The position numbers were made by a program, and so were the translations under genes. Positions 50,773 to 60,978 of a DNA stretch of 64,000 nt are shown in pieces (positions within the stretch are counted from its first letter, which is position 1; each line of letters opens with the position of its first letter). The notes under the pieces were generated by a model that was not told the DNA's origin, made no database searches, and saw only the letters and a program-made list of their open reading frames with translations. Source of the DNA: a virus. Location of the stretch: the IMG/VR virus record IMGVR_UViG_3300022890_000014, positions 1 to 64,000 of that record; one strand, 5' to 3'.

Positions 50773-51333
50773 TTATTGTTCACTCATGTTTTTTGAGAAG
50801 CAGTCAAGGCACATGGCTTCGTACTCTCCTTTTCCTCCTAGAACTATATCGCCTTTGTCTTCTGGGTTTTTCCTAAAGCTTCTTGTGGCATCCGAGTTAC
50901 ATCTTGTGCATACAGCAGTGAGCTTAACAATCTTGTCTGCTACAGCGAATACATCTGATGAAGTCTCAAATGGTTTTCCGTCGCTCTTCAGGTCTAACAT
51001 CGAGACGTAGACGTTAGAGCCTGTTCTTGATAGCCATACGAGAACTTCTGACAGATTGGGTATGAACTGGGCTTCATCTATGAATACATCCTTTATGCCA
51101 TACTTCATGGAGCCAAATATATCATAGATTCCCTCTGCCTTATCCACAAGTCTAGCCAGAACCTCCTCTCCATTATGCGAGATAATCTTCTCTGGATCAT
51201 ATCTGCGATCTATCCTAGGTTTGATAACTAGCACGGTCCTGTTGCCACGAACCGATCTTCTGTACGCAGATAGTAGATGTGTGGTTTTCTCTGAGAACAT
51301 AGGTCCGGTGAACACAGTTATCTTTCCTGACAT
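50773..51333 (-). CDS. tdk: Thymidine kinase
   Basis: TGPMFSEKTT, FIDEAQF, KLTAVCTRC, GGKGEYEAMCLDC; start at MSGKIT. Confidence 0.95.
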   Translation of the reverse strand: MSGKITVFTGPMFSEKTTHLLSAYRRSVRGNRTVLVIKPRIDRRYDPEKIISHNGEEVLARLVDKAEGIYDIFGSMKYGIKDVFIDEAQFIPNLSEVLVWLSRTGSNVYVSMLDLKSDGKPFETSSDVFAVADKIVKLTAVCTRCNSDATRSFRKNPEDKGDIVLGGKGEYEAMCLDCFSKNMSEQ

Positions 51334-51391
51334 AAGAATCCTCTCTGCGTAAGGCTTACGCATGGCTTGTTTCAGGTGAGTAATTCACAGT

Positions 51392-51426
51392 ATAGTAACA
51401 CGTATATGGGTATAAAATTAATAGAG
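51392..51426. promoter_or_regulatory. Divergent promoter pair
   Basis: CGTGTTACTAT (-, 51392-51402) and GGTATAAA-ATTAA-TAGAG (+, 51409-51426). Confidence 0.55.
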
Positions 51427-51491
51427 GAAGAACTAGTCCATCTCCTCTACTAATTATTCTGGACTAAACAATAACAAGTCATATATCAGAG

Positions 51492-51785
51492 GTGAATATT
51501 ATGGGCGACAAGTCAAACAAACCGATTAGAAGCACAAGACATGTTTGTAAAGTAAATATACACGGTGCTGAGATACACACGATGGTCGGAATGACTGGAA
51601 AGAAATCAGTTCTTTTGGTGGATAAAGAATATAGTGGGGGTGTTATCGAATTCGCAATAACATGGCTGAGAGATCGGAAGAGACGCGGTAAGCCAATAAT
51701 CGGATTGTGTATAGAGTGTCTGCAAGGTTCGTCATGTGGAAGAGTGACAGTGGAAGACAACGGAGACCTAACCGTGAAGTTCTAG
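51492..51785 (+). CDS. Small hypothetical protein, stand-alone transcription unit
   Basis: GAGGTG SD (likely start ATG 51501), own promoter motif and terminator. Confidence 0.65.
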   Translation: MNIMGDKSNKPIRSTRHVCKVNIHGAEIHTMVGMTGKKSVLLVDKEYSGGVIEFAITWLRDRKRRGKPIIGLCIECLQGSSCGRVTVEDNGDLTVKF

Positions 51786-51794
51786 GTTGTCGGG

Positions 51795-51816
51795 AGTCGC
51801 AACATGCGACTTTTTT
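51795..51816 (+). terminator. Intrinsic terminator
   Basis: AGTCGCA-ACA-TGCGACT followed by TTTTT. Confidence 0.7.
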
Positions 51817-52855
51817 AGTACATAACTTTTCCTGCATCCAGTATGTCTTTTATCTCTGATGCAATAAACCTGTGCTCTTTTCTCACCTCTGCTTCACTTA
51901 TGCCTAGTCTATTAGATATTTCCTTCACTCCATCGAGAGTTTCTTTTCCCTCGAAGTCATCAAAAGTATGTTCCATAACTAGTTGCTGCTTCGGTGTTGC
52001 ACTGTGATACGTAGTAAAAAGAGCTTCAACTGCTGGGTCTGTGTTGCTTGCACCTATCGGACCTAGGTTGTCATCAAGCACCAAGTCTTGTCTTAGCTCC
52101 TGATCTATGGCTTTTAGGTCAGATATTTTCCATCCAAGTTCTTGACGCAGTTCTTGAATTGTGGGGTCTCGATTCTTTTTATCTTTTAGTAGTTCGTATG
52201 CGTTCTGATATACGCCTACTTTAGCTGCCCTTGGTTCAGGTATACTTCCCACGTTCTGATATTTATACCCATACCTGTGAATCTTAGACAGTTGATGCCA
52301 AACATGAGTGTTAAGTGCCGCACCCTTGTTTGGGTTATATGTGTTTATTCCGTGCCTAAGCAGTCTCATTCCTTCTGCTTCTACAGCAGATTTTGGGAGA
52401 GGAGAGTTCTTGACCCAAGGACGAACCCTGCTTCGTACAAGAGGAGTGAAGGAATGCATAAGCTTCCTAAGTGCTCTCTTGTCACCAGTCTTGTTGTACG
52501 ACTTCCAGAGTTCCATCTCTTCATCTTTAGACATACTTGCAGCAGTTTTAATTAGGGAAGGATAGATGCTGTCTTCAATAATGCACTTACCGTTAGCTTC
52601 CTTAGTAAACTCGCATAAAGCCCAATCCTTAGAGGAGTCACCAAGAAACCGTGTGTTCTCATCACACACAACTCTTCCACCATCGAATAGCTCCGAGGCA
52701 AGTTTCATTGTGTGCGTAAGGCTTACGCGGTCACTGCTCCACACCACAAGAGCGCCCTTGCTTGTATCTTCAGGTAGATACATTGCAGACTTCTCTATGC
52801 CGTCCTCTTCTGTCACAAGAAGACCAGCAGTGTGTTTATTCATATATGTATTCAT
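51815..52855 (-). CDS. Sigma-70-family RNA polymerase sigma factor (SigB/FliA-like core) with N-terminal extension
   Basis: EEMELW..GDKRALRKL..FTPLV (region 1.2/2.1), EGMRLLRHGINTYNPNKGAALNTHV (2.2-2.4), RDPTIQELRQELG (3), EISNRLGISEAEVR (4.2). Confidence 0.88.
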   Translation of the reverse strand: MNTYMNKHTAGLLVTEEDGIEKSAMYLPEDTSKGALVVWSSDRVSLTHTMKLASELFDGGRVVCDENTRFLGDSSKDWALCEFTKEANGKCIIEDSIYPSLIKTAASMSKDEEMELWKSYNKTGDKRALRKLMHSFTPLVRSRVRPWVKNSPLPKSAVEAEGMRLLRHGINTYNPNKGAALNTHVWHQLSKIHRYGYKYQNVGSIPEPRAAKVGVYQNAYELLKDKKNRDPTIQELRQELGWKISDLKAIDQELRQDLVLDDNLGPIGASNTDPAVEALFTTYHSATPKQQLVMEHTFDDFEGKETLDGVKEISNRLGISEAEVRKEHRFIASEIKDILDAGKVMY

Positions 52856-52856
52856 G

Positions 52857-55778
52857 TCAGCCCTCAAAGCCAACAGATGACGCAAGCTCGAACTGATAAG
52901 TCCTAGCTATCTTCCATCTGTTTTTATTTATGGCAGTAAACCTAGCGTTTATATCTTCGTAGTTCTTAGCGAGAACTTCTCTGGCATTTCCCTTGGCTGC
53001 ACTAGTGAAACCAGGGCCAGTTGCTTTCTCATTAGTATATATGAAGTCTGGAAGTAGACCAGCATGAGTCCAGTATGTAGAAGCGCCTCTTCTCTTTACT
53101 ATCCTTATTTTTGCTTTAGGTGACGTTGATTCATAAAAACCTATTCCATCACCAACAGAAATCCCAACATGCTTCTCTCTTCCTTTCACACTGCCGTATC
53201 TTGGAGATGCAAAGTTAACTTCCTTGAAATGGAACACTATAGCCCCTGGTGTATTCAGTGCAACTTCAACAGATATTCTCTGTAGAGATCTAGAGTACAT
53301 CTCAATAGATCTTCTGCCTGCAAGTTTTACTCCAAAATAATTCTGCGCTGTCCAGTATGTAACACCAGAGCAGTCAGCACCTTTTGCTGGAGCGCCTTCA
53401 TTATCGGAAACATAGTCTTTGTTATGAAACATTGTCTTTGCTTGGAGAAGGAAGTTCTCGCCAGTTCTAGCTTTAGATCCCTTGCCAGCTTTCACTGGTA
53501 GGGTCTTCTTCTGCTTTTTCACTGGTTGCTTGGCAGAAGATGCGGTGGTCTTACTCATGCTGTTGTTAGTTATAGAAGGTTGAACCGTTCCCTTCTCTAT
53601 GTTTGAACCAGTGAATATAGGCGCATCTACATAGGAGAACCTTATGTCATTAGGTCCAACACTATCAGAGTAATAAGAAGAGGCATTTTTTAGCTCACCT
53701 TTGTAGAAGATCTTATTTATCTGCTCTTCAGTGGCTATAGGTCTAAACGTCTTCTTGTATACAAACATATCATGATTACCAGAAGAGAGTGCTGCTCTAT
53801 ACTGATTGCGTAAATCGTTAGCTGCCTTTATGATTCTCTGTCTTTTTTCAACCAAGTGAGCATCAGCACCAGGTTTATTTATGGATACTCTTCCACTTGC
53901 TTGATCATTTGATATTGGATTAAGTGGATTAGTGAAAGATACATTCTCTTTTTTGTTTGCTGCTGTGTTCAACAGAGATGCACACCCAAGCATTTTTGAG
54001 TATACATGCATGCCAATTTGACCACTCGTGAATATCTCATCAAACCATGCTGGAAGAGGTGGTTCTTTTGGTTGTGTCGGTATAGTTAGCTTAGTGTTAT
54101 TTATTTCTTTATCAAAATTTATACTTACTGAATCAAGGTTCCTTGCTAAAGAAAAATCTGCATTACTTTCCCATCTTCCATTAGCATTTACGATATGGTT
54201 GACTCTTGATACATAAGAAACAATATCAAGCTCCATATTGCTATCGTCTATAAATATAGATGGAAATCCTGGTACTAAGCCTGGCTTGAATGCTAATAAT
54301 AAACTAAACGATGTAGCAGAGGCTCTCTTTCTATGGTACTCAAAGTCAGCAAGCCTTGAGATGAATACATTGTAGTCTTTTTTGCCAAGAATACCTTCCT
54401 TTATTTTCTTTGCACCAAAAGATACATCTCTACCTAATAGCTGACTTCCTTTTTCCTGAGTAGTCTTATGAGCCTTAGCGTATGCATGAGACAACAAAAA
54501 TGATGTTGATCCTGGAAGTATAGTTGCATACCCAGGAACAATACCCCTTTCAAGCTCTTCTGCTGATAGATAACTGAATGTTCTTACAGTTGACTTATCT
54601 TTTGTTTTTCCTATAACTTTACCATCAAGGTTAACTATTTCTATTGGAGGTATCTTCTTTGCAGCACCTCCTCTGACATGTTCCTGTAACGTATCTGGCT
54701 TATAAAACGCAGACAACATGGAGAGTTCAGGGTCTTTAAATATTGGACTATTAGGAATTAACTGAAGTCTTGTTATTTCCTTCTGCCAGTTCTCGGAGTA
54801 CCCAACATTAGTAACTTCGCTAGGGAATATAATATTACATGATGGCGGATCAACCATCCATGCAGTAGGCTTTATGATGAAGTTGGCTGGCATATAATCA
54901 CTAAATGGTTCTTTGTCAGCCGTATTATCATATGCTCTAGCATTATTCACTGATACTTTATATATCTCTTTCTCTGTCCAGTACAAAGGTGCTGTCTCGT
55001 TTGACTTCCACTTTCTGTTAGGAACCCAACTTGGATTAGGTAGAGATATTATTTCATGATGAACCATAGCGAGTAGCATATTTAGTACGTTCCATAACGA
55101 CTGAACACCACCACTCTTATTTATCTGCTGTTTTATGTACTGTTGGAATAACTTGTGAGAGAATATAGACTTAGTCATCTTTTGTGTGCTGGCAGAAAAG
55201 ACTCTATCTCCCATCTTTAGTCTAGAGAAGTTCAATGCGAAGAATTCGTTTGAGTTCTTTACATCATCCATTATAGCCGTGACTACATCTACGAAGCTAT
55301 CCTTCTCTCCGGCCTTACCAAAGAAAGAATTAAGCCTAGAGTTAGTGCTTATAAGCTCTCCAGTTATTCTGTTTACTCCAGAGAATATAGCCCTTTGTGC
55401 TGCACCCAAACCTTGTGCTACTTGACTATTCTGATAGTATTGCTTTGCCTGAAGCCAGTACGAGGACATATCCATACAGCTAACAGATACAGCCTTGCTT
55501 CCTTCGCTTCTGTTGTATGATATAGCCTTTGCTTCACCTTCAAACAGGATTCTATAGATTTGTCTTCCTGTTATCATCGTTGCAAAGTGGTCTTTGTAAA
55601 ACACCTCAAAGTTTGTATTAGGGCGTATTCTCATTGCCCCTTTAGTCGGTATCAAGTGGACTACTGCTGTTGATGGAATATTAACTCCCATCGATACACT
55701 AGCGCCAATAAAGGGGACTTCTACACCTTGTATTCTTAGCTTTGCTTCCGAATGTTCTGGTTGTGAAAATAGAGACAT
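52857..55778 (-). CDS. Baseplate hub-like protein with C-terminal NlpC/P60 peptidase
   Basis: N-terminal hub-like region (LFEGE..VSCMD); C-terminal GADCSG...PGAIVF...HVGISVGDG. Confidence 0.7.
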   Translation of the reverse strand: MSLFSQPEHSEAKLRIQGVEVPFIGASVSMGVNIPSTAVVHLIPTKGAMRIRPNTNFEVFYKDHFATMITGRQIYRILFEGEAKAISYNRSEGSKAVSVSCMDMSSYWLQAKQYYQNSQVAQGLGAAQRAIFSGVNRITGELISTNSRLNSFFGKAGEKDSFVDVVTAIMDDVKNSNEFFALNFSRLKMGDRVFSASTQKMTKSIFSHKLFQQYIKQQINKSGGVQSLWNVLNMLLAMVHHEIISLPNPSWVPNRKWKSNETAPLYWTEKEIYKVSVNNARAYDNTADKEPFSDYMPANFIIKPTAWMVDPPSCNIIFPSEVTNVGYSENWQKEITRLQLIPNSPIFKDPELSMLSAFYKPDTLQEHVRGGAAKKIPPIEIVNLDGKVIGKTKDKSTVRTFSYLSAEELERGIVPGYATILPGSTSFLLSHAYAKAHKTTQEKGSQLLGRDVSFGAKKIKEGILGKKDYNVFISRLADFEYHRKRASATSFSLLLAFKPGLVPGFPSIFIDDSNMELDIVSYVSRVNHIVNANGRWESNADFSLARNLDSVSINFDKEINNTKLTIPTQPKEPPLPAWFDEIFTSGQIGMHVYSKMLGCASLLNTAANKKENVSFTNPLNPISNDQASGRVSINKPGADAHLVEKRQRIIKAANDLRNQYRAALSSGNHDMFVYKKTFRPIATEEQINKIFYKGELKNASSYYSDSVGPNDIRFSYVDAPIFTGSNIEKGTVQPSITNNSMSKTTASSAKQPVKKQKKTLPVKAGKGSKARTGENFLLQAKTMFHNKDYVSDNEGAPAKGADCSGVTYWTAQNYFGVKLAGRRSIEMYSRSLQRISVEVALNTPGAIVFHFKEVNFASPRYGSVKGREKHVGISVGDGIGFYESTSPKAKIRIVKRRGASTYWTHAGLLPDFIYTNEKATGPGFTSAAKGNAREVLAKNYEDINARFTAINKNRWKIARTYQFELASSVGFEG

Positions 55779-55838
55779 ACTCTCTCCTGCGTAAGCCTTA
55801 CGCAGCAACGCAAGGCTTACATGATTCGTCTTATACAG

Positions 55839-56942
55839 CTATCGACCTGGTTGACTTGCTTCTTCTTTCTTTATTGCATCGTCTATTTCTTTTTGAAGAC
55901 TAGGCTTTCCAATCTTTCCAATTCTCTGCTTAGTCATTCTTATAGCACCAGACCGTCTTTCTGTTGCTCCGTATGTCTTTGCGAAATTACTTCTAACAAG
56001 TTCATACGCAATAGGAGTTCGCTTACTCTTGTATTTCATACCAAGCTTCCTTACTTCATTTATAATGGGAGAGCTTGAGATGAAGCCGTTATTAGTTATA
56101 ATAATAGAGAAGGCGAATGGCACAGCGTTGGGTGATGATGCCTTTCTAGACTGAGAAGTGTTGAGTATATAGCCTGATATTGCTATATCTTCAAACGTCA
56201 TGAACACTTCACCACCCATCTTAACACACTGTGACCCTCTTAGGAACTGAGAGTACATAGACATAAACTCAGAAGACCAGTTCTGATTATGAGTATTTAG
56301 TAGTCTTCCTCTGAATGTCCATACTTCTGGGTCTCCATCAAAGAAGTTGATTCGGTAAGACCTAAAGGTTCTATGTATCTGGTATTTCTCAGAAGATGAT
56401 ATAGATACATCCTCAAGCATAAACCTGGTGTATTCAGGCATTATAGTCCTGTAAGACTTGGACCTTCTGCCTAGACCAGTCAACACCTGAATAGATGCTA
56501 TCGGAAATCTATTCTTCTCTTCTACTATTCGATACAGACCACTTCTGTAGTCATCTAGAAATCTATCTTTATATAGAGAGGTTGCATTAGATGAGTACAC
56601 AATACCCGTGTTCTCTGCTATCTCTGTATATGATTTATCATCTTGGAAGTCAAACGAAAGAACCGCTCCTGCTTTCTTCTTTGCAAGATTAAGTCTATCA
56701 CCCCTAGGCATCGGTGCGGGGATTATATCTTCGTTCTTATCTCCACTCATAGATGGAAGGAACACACTTTGTTGAGCCGAACTATCCCTTCTTGCTGTCA
56801 TCTGACCATTTACACGATTCATTATCGTTGATGCAGGAGAAGGATTGCTCCAGATACTACCAGAGACATGCTTGGTGCCTCTTGGTGAATCTACAAGTGC
56901 GCTTACCTTTCCTAATAAACTATTTGTTTGCAGGGAAGCCAT
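55839..56942 (-). CDS. Tail/baseplate hypothetical protein
   Basis: Between the tape measure and hub genes; beta-rich C-terminal half. Confidence 0.6.
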   Translation of the reverse strand: MASLQTNSLLGKVSALVDSPRGTKHVSGSIWSNPSPASTIMNRVNGQMTARRDSSAQQSVFLPSMSGDKNEDIIPAPMPRGDRLNLAKKKAGAVLSFDFQDDKSYTEIAENTGIVYSSNATSLYKDRFLDDYRSGLYRIVEEKNRFPIASIQVLTGLGRRSKSYRTIMPEYTRFMLEDVSISSSEKYQIHRTFRSYRINFFDGDPEVWTFRGRLLNTHNQNWSSEFMSMYSQFLRGSQCVKMGGEVFMTFEDIAISGYILNTSQSRKASSPNAVPFAFSIIITNNGFISSSPIINEVRKLGMKYKSKRTPIAYELVRSNFAKTYGATERRSGAIRMTKQRIGKIGKPSLQKEIDDAIKKEEASQPGR

Positions 56943-56975
56943 TGAATATTCCTTATGCGTAAGGCTTACGCAGTA

Positions 56976-59900
56976 TTATTTTCCACCCTTGATTCCTAGT
57001 CTGGAGAGTATTGAACCCATACCTTTTTGAGTAGAGCGTATGAGTTTTAGTTGCTGGTTCATAAGTTCTATCTGCTTCTTGGCTACAGCAGAGAATGCAC
57101 CTGCTGCGCCACCTGTTACTCTTTCTCCAGCCTTTGTTCCAGATAAAGAAGCAAGCCAGTTGGCTCTTATATTTACTTTTTCGTTTTTACCTTTTAGTCG
57201 AATGATATTTCTTAACGTTCCTAATCTTTCTGCTCCAGTTCTAAACTTTCCTAGTACTTTGTCTATTGATGCCATCTGATCTTTATACTGATTCATTCCA
57301 AGAAGTTTATTCTTTAAGGTTATATATCTAGTCTGAGCCTCTTTGTCTGTCTTAAACTTTAGATTTCCTGGATCAATCAATTCCTTTATTTCAGTTATAT
57401 TTTGAGCGCCCTCAAGAAGATCTCCTTTCTGAATCTTAGATATATCCTTTAGACCAAGCACGAACTTGCCAGCTTTACCATAAGCGCCACCACTAGCAGC
57501 CATTATTTTAGCGGTTTGAAGGTATTTATCTTTAGTCATCATTTCAGTTAGCTCATCCATACCTCCGGCAACATTTGTTGGTAACTCTTTAATGGCTTGA
57601 ACAAGGTCTGTGAAAGATCTTTGAGTTGCGCTACCTGTAGAGCCAGCTATGTGCTTATTGATATTTGCATATCCTGTTGAGTCTGCTGTCATACCAAAGC
57701 TCATCTTTCTTACCATATCTGCTGAAATAGCTTGTCTTGAAGAGAATGCCATCCATCCACGAGCGTCCTTGACATTACTTAGTAGCTTTCCAGAGACATC
57801 CTTCATTCCAACTACTTTTCTACCAAGACTGTCTCCTAGTGTTGTTGCATCCCATGTTCCACCAGTAACAGTATTTCCTTTTTTCTTCAATCCACTATAT
57901 GCGGCATTAACAAGCTGAAGGATTCCTTTTCTGCTACCTTCTGGCATACTTTTAGCAACTGACTGAACTTTATTTGCTAGATAAGATACTCTGTTTGCTG
58001 TGTCAACATCTGTTTTTCCGCTCGTAATGAGACCGAATAATTCACCCATGTCAATTTTTGTCTCTGAAGATGTGGACTTAGCTGCTCTTGCGAAGCTAGT
58101 TCCAAATACAGTAGATAATGGAGCATCTGTTCTTTTCCCGTGTTTATTACTCCAGAATCCAGTATCTGACACCATAGAACTAATTTTATTATAGCTAGAT
58201 TCTTGCTTCTCTATCAGCCCTTTAGTATAAGATGAATCTATAAGGTTTAGTCCATCATCAAAATCTTTATCTAATGATGTTCCTGAGTACCCAAGTAGAG
58301 CACCCGCTGTTTCTTGGTCGGAGCTTGAATTCCCAGATATAATTCCATGTTTTCTAGCAACTGCTAGAGCAGATCTTGTATTAGCTGAATCCATACCGCC
58401 AAGCTCTGCTGATGCAGCCGCCCAGCTTGAAGAACGAGATAATTTTTTAAGCCTGCCAGAAGTTAGACTGTCAAATCTTGAGTATCCAGCAGATACCCTC
58501 CTTGACATATCTATCTCTTTTCTGACTCCCCTTTGAACCTGAAGCAGAGTAGAATCACTCAAGTCACCTATGTCTGATCCACCGTGAGGACCAGTAATTC
58601 TTACTTTTTTAACCCACTCTGGAGAATTTTCACCATGCTTGTTATATATATAGTGTGCCCTACTGACAACATCACCGAAATTCTCGCTTATAGCCTCTCT
58701 TCTGATGCCTCCGATAGCAGAATCTTTATCAGACATTCCTGATGCATCACCCCATCCTGCATTCATATTCAGCATGTCACTGGTAACAGAATATCTAGAT
58801 CTACCAGACACGCTATCTTTAAAGTTTCTCCACCCTTTGCCAATGCTGTTTACCCCATCTCCTATAGGATCTGATATATCGTGCCTAAAGCCTCTTCTAA
58901 AAGAATCGTATCCTGAACTTATGCTTCTTCCTAGACCTGTAAGTCCAGACCTATAAGATAAGCCACCAATCAGCCCTCTGTCTGTTGCAGCTAGTTCTGA
59001 TTTATTTGCAGCATCATAAATTCTATTTATTGTGCCATCCATTTGTTTTGCATATATTTCTGGGTTCATAAGCCTAGTAGACATAACTCTTGCTAGAGAT
59101 GTGCTCATTCCAAATTGATTCTTAAATCCAGCAGCAAGATTTGTTTGATTTACTGCCATGCCAGACATATTAAGAGAGCGTACAACCAAGGCGCTCATAA
59201 GAGCTTGTTGCTGCTGTGGATCTATTGAGCTTGCTAGCTTATCTCTGTTTGCGTTGAAGTCAGACATACTTTGCTTTCCACCAGCAGCAACACCAGAAGC
59301 CATACTCATCATTTTTGCTGTGCTTATGTCTCCAGATATGATCCCATTTATTACATTAGAGTCAATCTTTCCACCCTTATATGCGGCTGCAAGCACCACA
59401 CTACCCATAGAGCTATTAGCAAATGCTGCTTGATGAGCACCCATGCTTTTTGCTGCCCCACCTGCTCCACCAATCATTGCCATATCTTTCTTGGAAATCA
59501 TACCAGCTGCAAACATTGTCCCTACATCGGAAGCAGCTTGCATACCAAACTTAGCGCCAGTGTATCTGCTCATTCCTGCGCTTTGAAATGCATTAGCGGT
59601 TGAATTTGCAACACCTGTCATTCCCTGTGTTCCTAATCCAGACAATGCACCTGATGAGCCTAGGTTAGCTGCCATAGACATTGGATTTGCGCCTGGAGCT
59701 AGCTTCTCTATGCTTTTCATAGTATCTATGGCTTCTTTTATACTTTTATCGAATGCCATAGCAAAATCTTTTACTTGCTTTGCTTTTGCAGAGAATGCCT
59801 CCCTGAACTTCTTTGTTGATATATTTGGGTCTTTGAATATCTTGTTTCCAAAGTTGTGCAGAATTTCACTAGCACCACCAACACCAATGTCAAACTTACC

Positions 59901-60578
59901 ACCTGACTCTCTATCCATACCATAAGCTGTGTCTTGTATGTAGCTAGCCATATCCCTTCTCTCTCTTTGAGAAAAGTTGGCACCTTTAAACATATTTCCG
60001 TGTTGACCAGAATATGTGCCTATAGAACTAGCAAGCTTGTTTCGTTGAGCCATGTCATTTCCGACTGCCTCGACAACTGCATCAACTGCCATGTATGGTA
60101 AAACCATAGCTGTAAGGCTACCAGCAACGCCACCGATGACCTTGCCTAGTCCACCAAAGCCGACCCTTCCAGCCATAGCAGAACCAGCACTATATCCAGC
60201 ACTCATTCCAGGAGCTATTTTTCCAACTGCTCCCCATCCAGCAGCGGTAGCACCTGTGTACATTGCTGCGCCAGTAGCGGCACTTGCTCCATTTATAGAC
60301 GGGTCATTAAATATTGCGGCTGCATTAACTACACCTGAATGCATTCCTGATGTTGTGTTAAATGCTGCTTGGTTCATTGCTCTATACTGAGCATGAGCGC
60401 CCATAAAAGAATTGTATGAACCTTGCATACTTGGAACAACGTAACCCGCTCCTTGTTGCAACGATCCATAAGCGCCGCTCATAGACTGACCAGCCATGTT
60501 CATAGCGTTAGACATGGTGGCCTGAGCAGATGAAAGGTCTACTTCTAGATCGTACTTAATTCTTTCTTTATAAGCCAT
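56976..60578 (-). CDS. Tail tape measure protein
   Basis: 1200 aa, Ala/Gly/Ser/Met-rich and helical; follows two chaperone-like genes. Confidence 0.7.
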   Translation of the reverse strand: MAYKERIKYDLEVDLSSAQATMSNAMNMAGQSMSGAYGSLQQGAGYVVPSMQGSYNSFMGAHAQYRAMNQAAFNTTSGMHSGVVNAAAIFNDPSINGASAATGAAMYTGATAAGWGAVGKIAPGMSAGYSAGSAMAGRVGFGGLGKVIGGVAGSLTAMVLPYMAVDAVVEAVGNDMAQRNKLASSIGTYSGQHGNMFKGANFSQRERRDMASYIQDTAYGMDRESGGKFDIGVGGASEILHNFGNKIFKDPNISTKKFREAFSAKAKQVKDFAMAFDKSIKEAIDTMKSIEKLAPGANPMSMAANLGSSGALSGLGTQGMTGVANSTANAFQSAGMSRYTGAKFGMQAASDVGTMFAAGMISKKDMAMIGGAGGAAKSMGAHQAAFANSSMGSVVLAAAYKGGKIDSNVINGIISGDISTAKMMSMASGVAAGGKQSMSDFNANRDKLASSIDPQQQQALMSALVVRSLNMSGMAVNQTNLAAGFKNQFGMSTSLARVMSTRLMNPEIYAKQMDGTINRIYDAANKSELAATDRGLIGGLSYRSGLTGLGRSISSGYDSFRRGFRHDISDPIGDGVNSIGKGWRNFKDSVSGRSRYSVTSDMLNMNAGWGDASGMSDKDSAIGGIRREAISENFGDVVSRAHYIYNKHGENSPEWVKKVRITGPHGGSDIGDLSDSTLLQVQRGVRKEIDMSRRVSAGYSRFDSLTSGRLKKLSRSSSWAAASAELGGMDSANTRSALAVARKHGIISGNSSSDQETAGALLGYSGTSLDKDFDDGLNLIDSSYTKGLIEKQESSYNKISSMVSDTGFWSNKHGKRTDAPLSTVFGTSFARAAKSTSSETKIDMGELFGLITSGKTDVDTANRVSYLANKVQSVAKSMPEGSRKGILQLVNAAYSGLKKKGNTVTGGTWDATTLGDSLGRKVVGMKDVSGKLLSNVKDARGWMAFSSRQAISADMVRKMSFGMTADSTGYANINKHIAGSTGSATQRSFTDLVQAIKELPTNVAGGMDELTEMMTKDKYLQTAKIMAASGGAYGKAGKFVLGLKDISKIQKGDLLEGAQNITEIKELIDPGNLKFKTDKEAQTRYITLKNKLLGMNQYKDQMASIDKVLGKFRTGAERLGTLRNIIRLKGKNEKVNIRANWLASLSGTKAGERVTGGAAGAFSAVAKKQIELMNQQLKLIRSTQKGMGSILSRLGIKGGK

Positions 60579-60598
60579 TCAATCTACATGCGTAAGCC

Positions 60599-60937
60599 TT
60601 ACGCATTCCTTTTTTTGGTTGGGATTTTTCTTTTTCTTAGCCCTTGATTTCTAGGCTTTGCGGCAGGAGTTATAGTGATTGGTCCGGCTTTTGCCTGAGT
60701 CTCAACCAACTTTCTTGTAGCAGCGTCTTTCTTTTGCTGGTCTCTATTAGCTCTTGGACTAGCAAACTTTATGTACTCTTTCTGAGCTTCCCTTATGTTC
60801 TCTGATGACACTCCAGTACTAGAAGCAGATGCGACAAATACAGCATGTGATATTTTCTCATTCTGTAAATCGCTTAATGCCCTGTGTGCAAGCTCTTCCA
60901 TAAGGGTTCCTGGGACAACTGGGCCATACGTCCCCAT
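60599..60937 (-). CDS. Probable tail assembly chaperone (second)
   Basis: Immediately upstream of the tape measure gene; stop supplied by the palindrome. Confidence 0.5.
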   Translation of the reverse strand: MGTYGPVVPGTLMEELAHRALSDLQNEKISHAVFVASASSTGVSSENIREAQKEYIKFASPRANRDQQKKDAATRKLVETQAKAGPITITPAAKPRNQGLRKRKIPTKKRNA

Positions 60938-60978
60938 TAGAACTAGCCTAGATACAGACCACCCTTCAGGGGACTCTA

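Noticed and set aside
51334-51363. ORF-track N-termini beginning in or running through the palindrome (MRKPYA for tdk, MLRKAYA at 55808, ORFs at 16891 and 22686)
   Set aside because: These starts are created by or upstream of the motif. SD sequences point to downstream ATGs (51333, 55778, 22755), and the 16891 ORF is an antisense shadow.
2585-60390. Numerous short plus-strand ORFs antisense to long minus-strand genes (e.g. 29758-30486, 38375-38962)
   Set aside because: Shadow ORFs with no recognisable motifs, fully overlapping well-supported genes.
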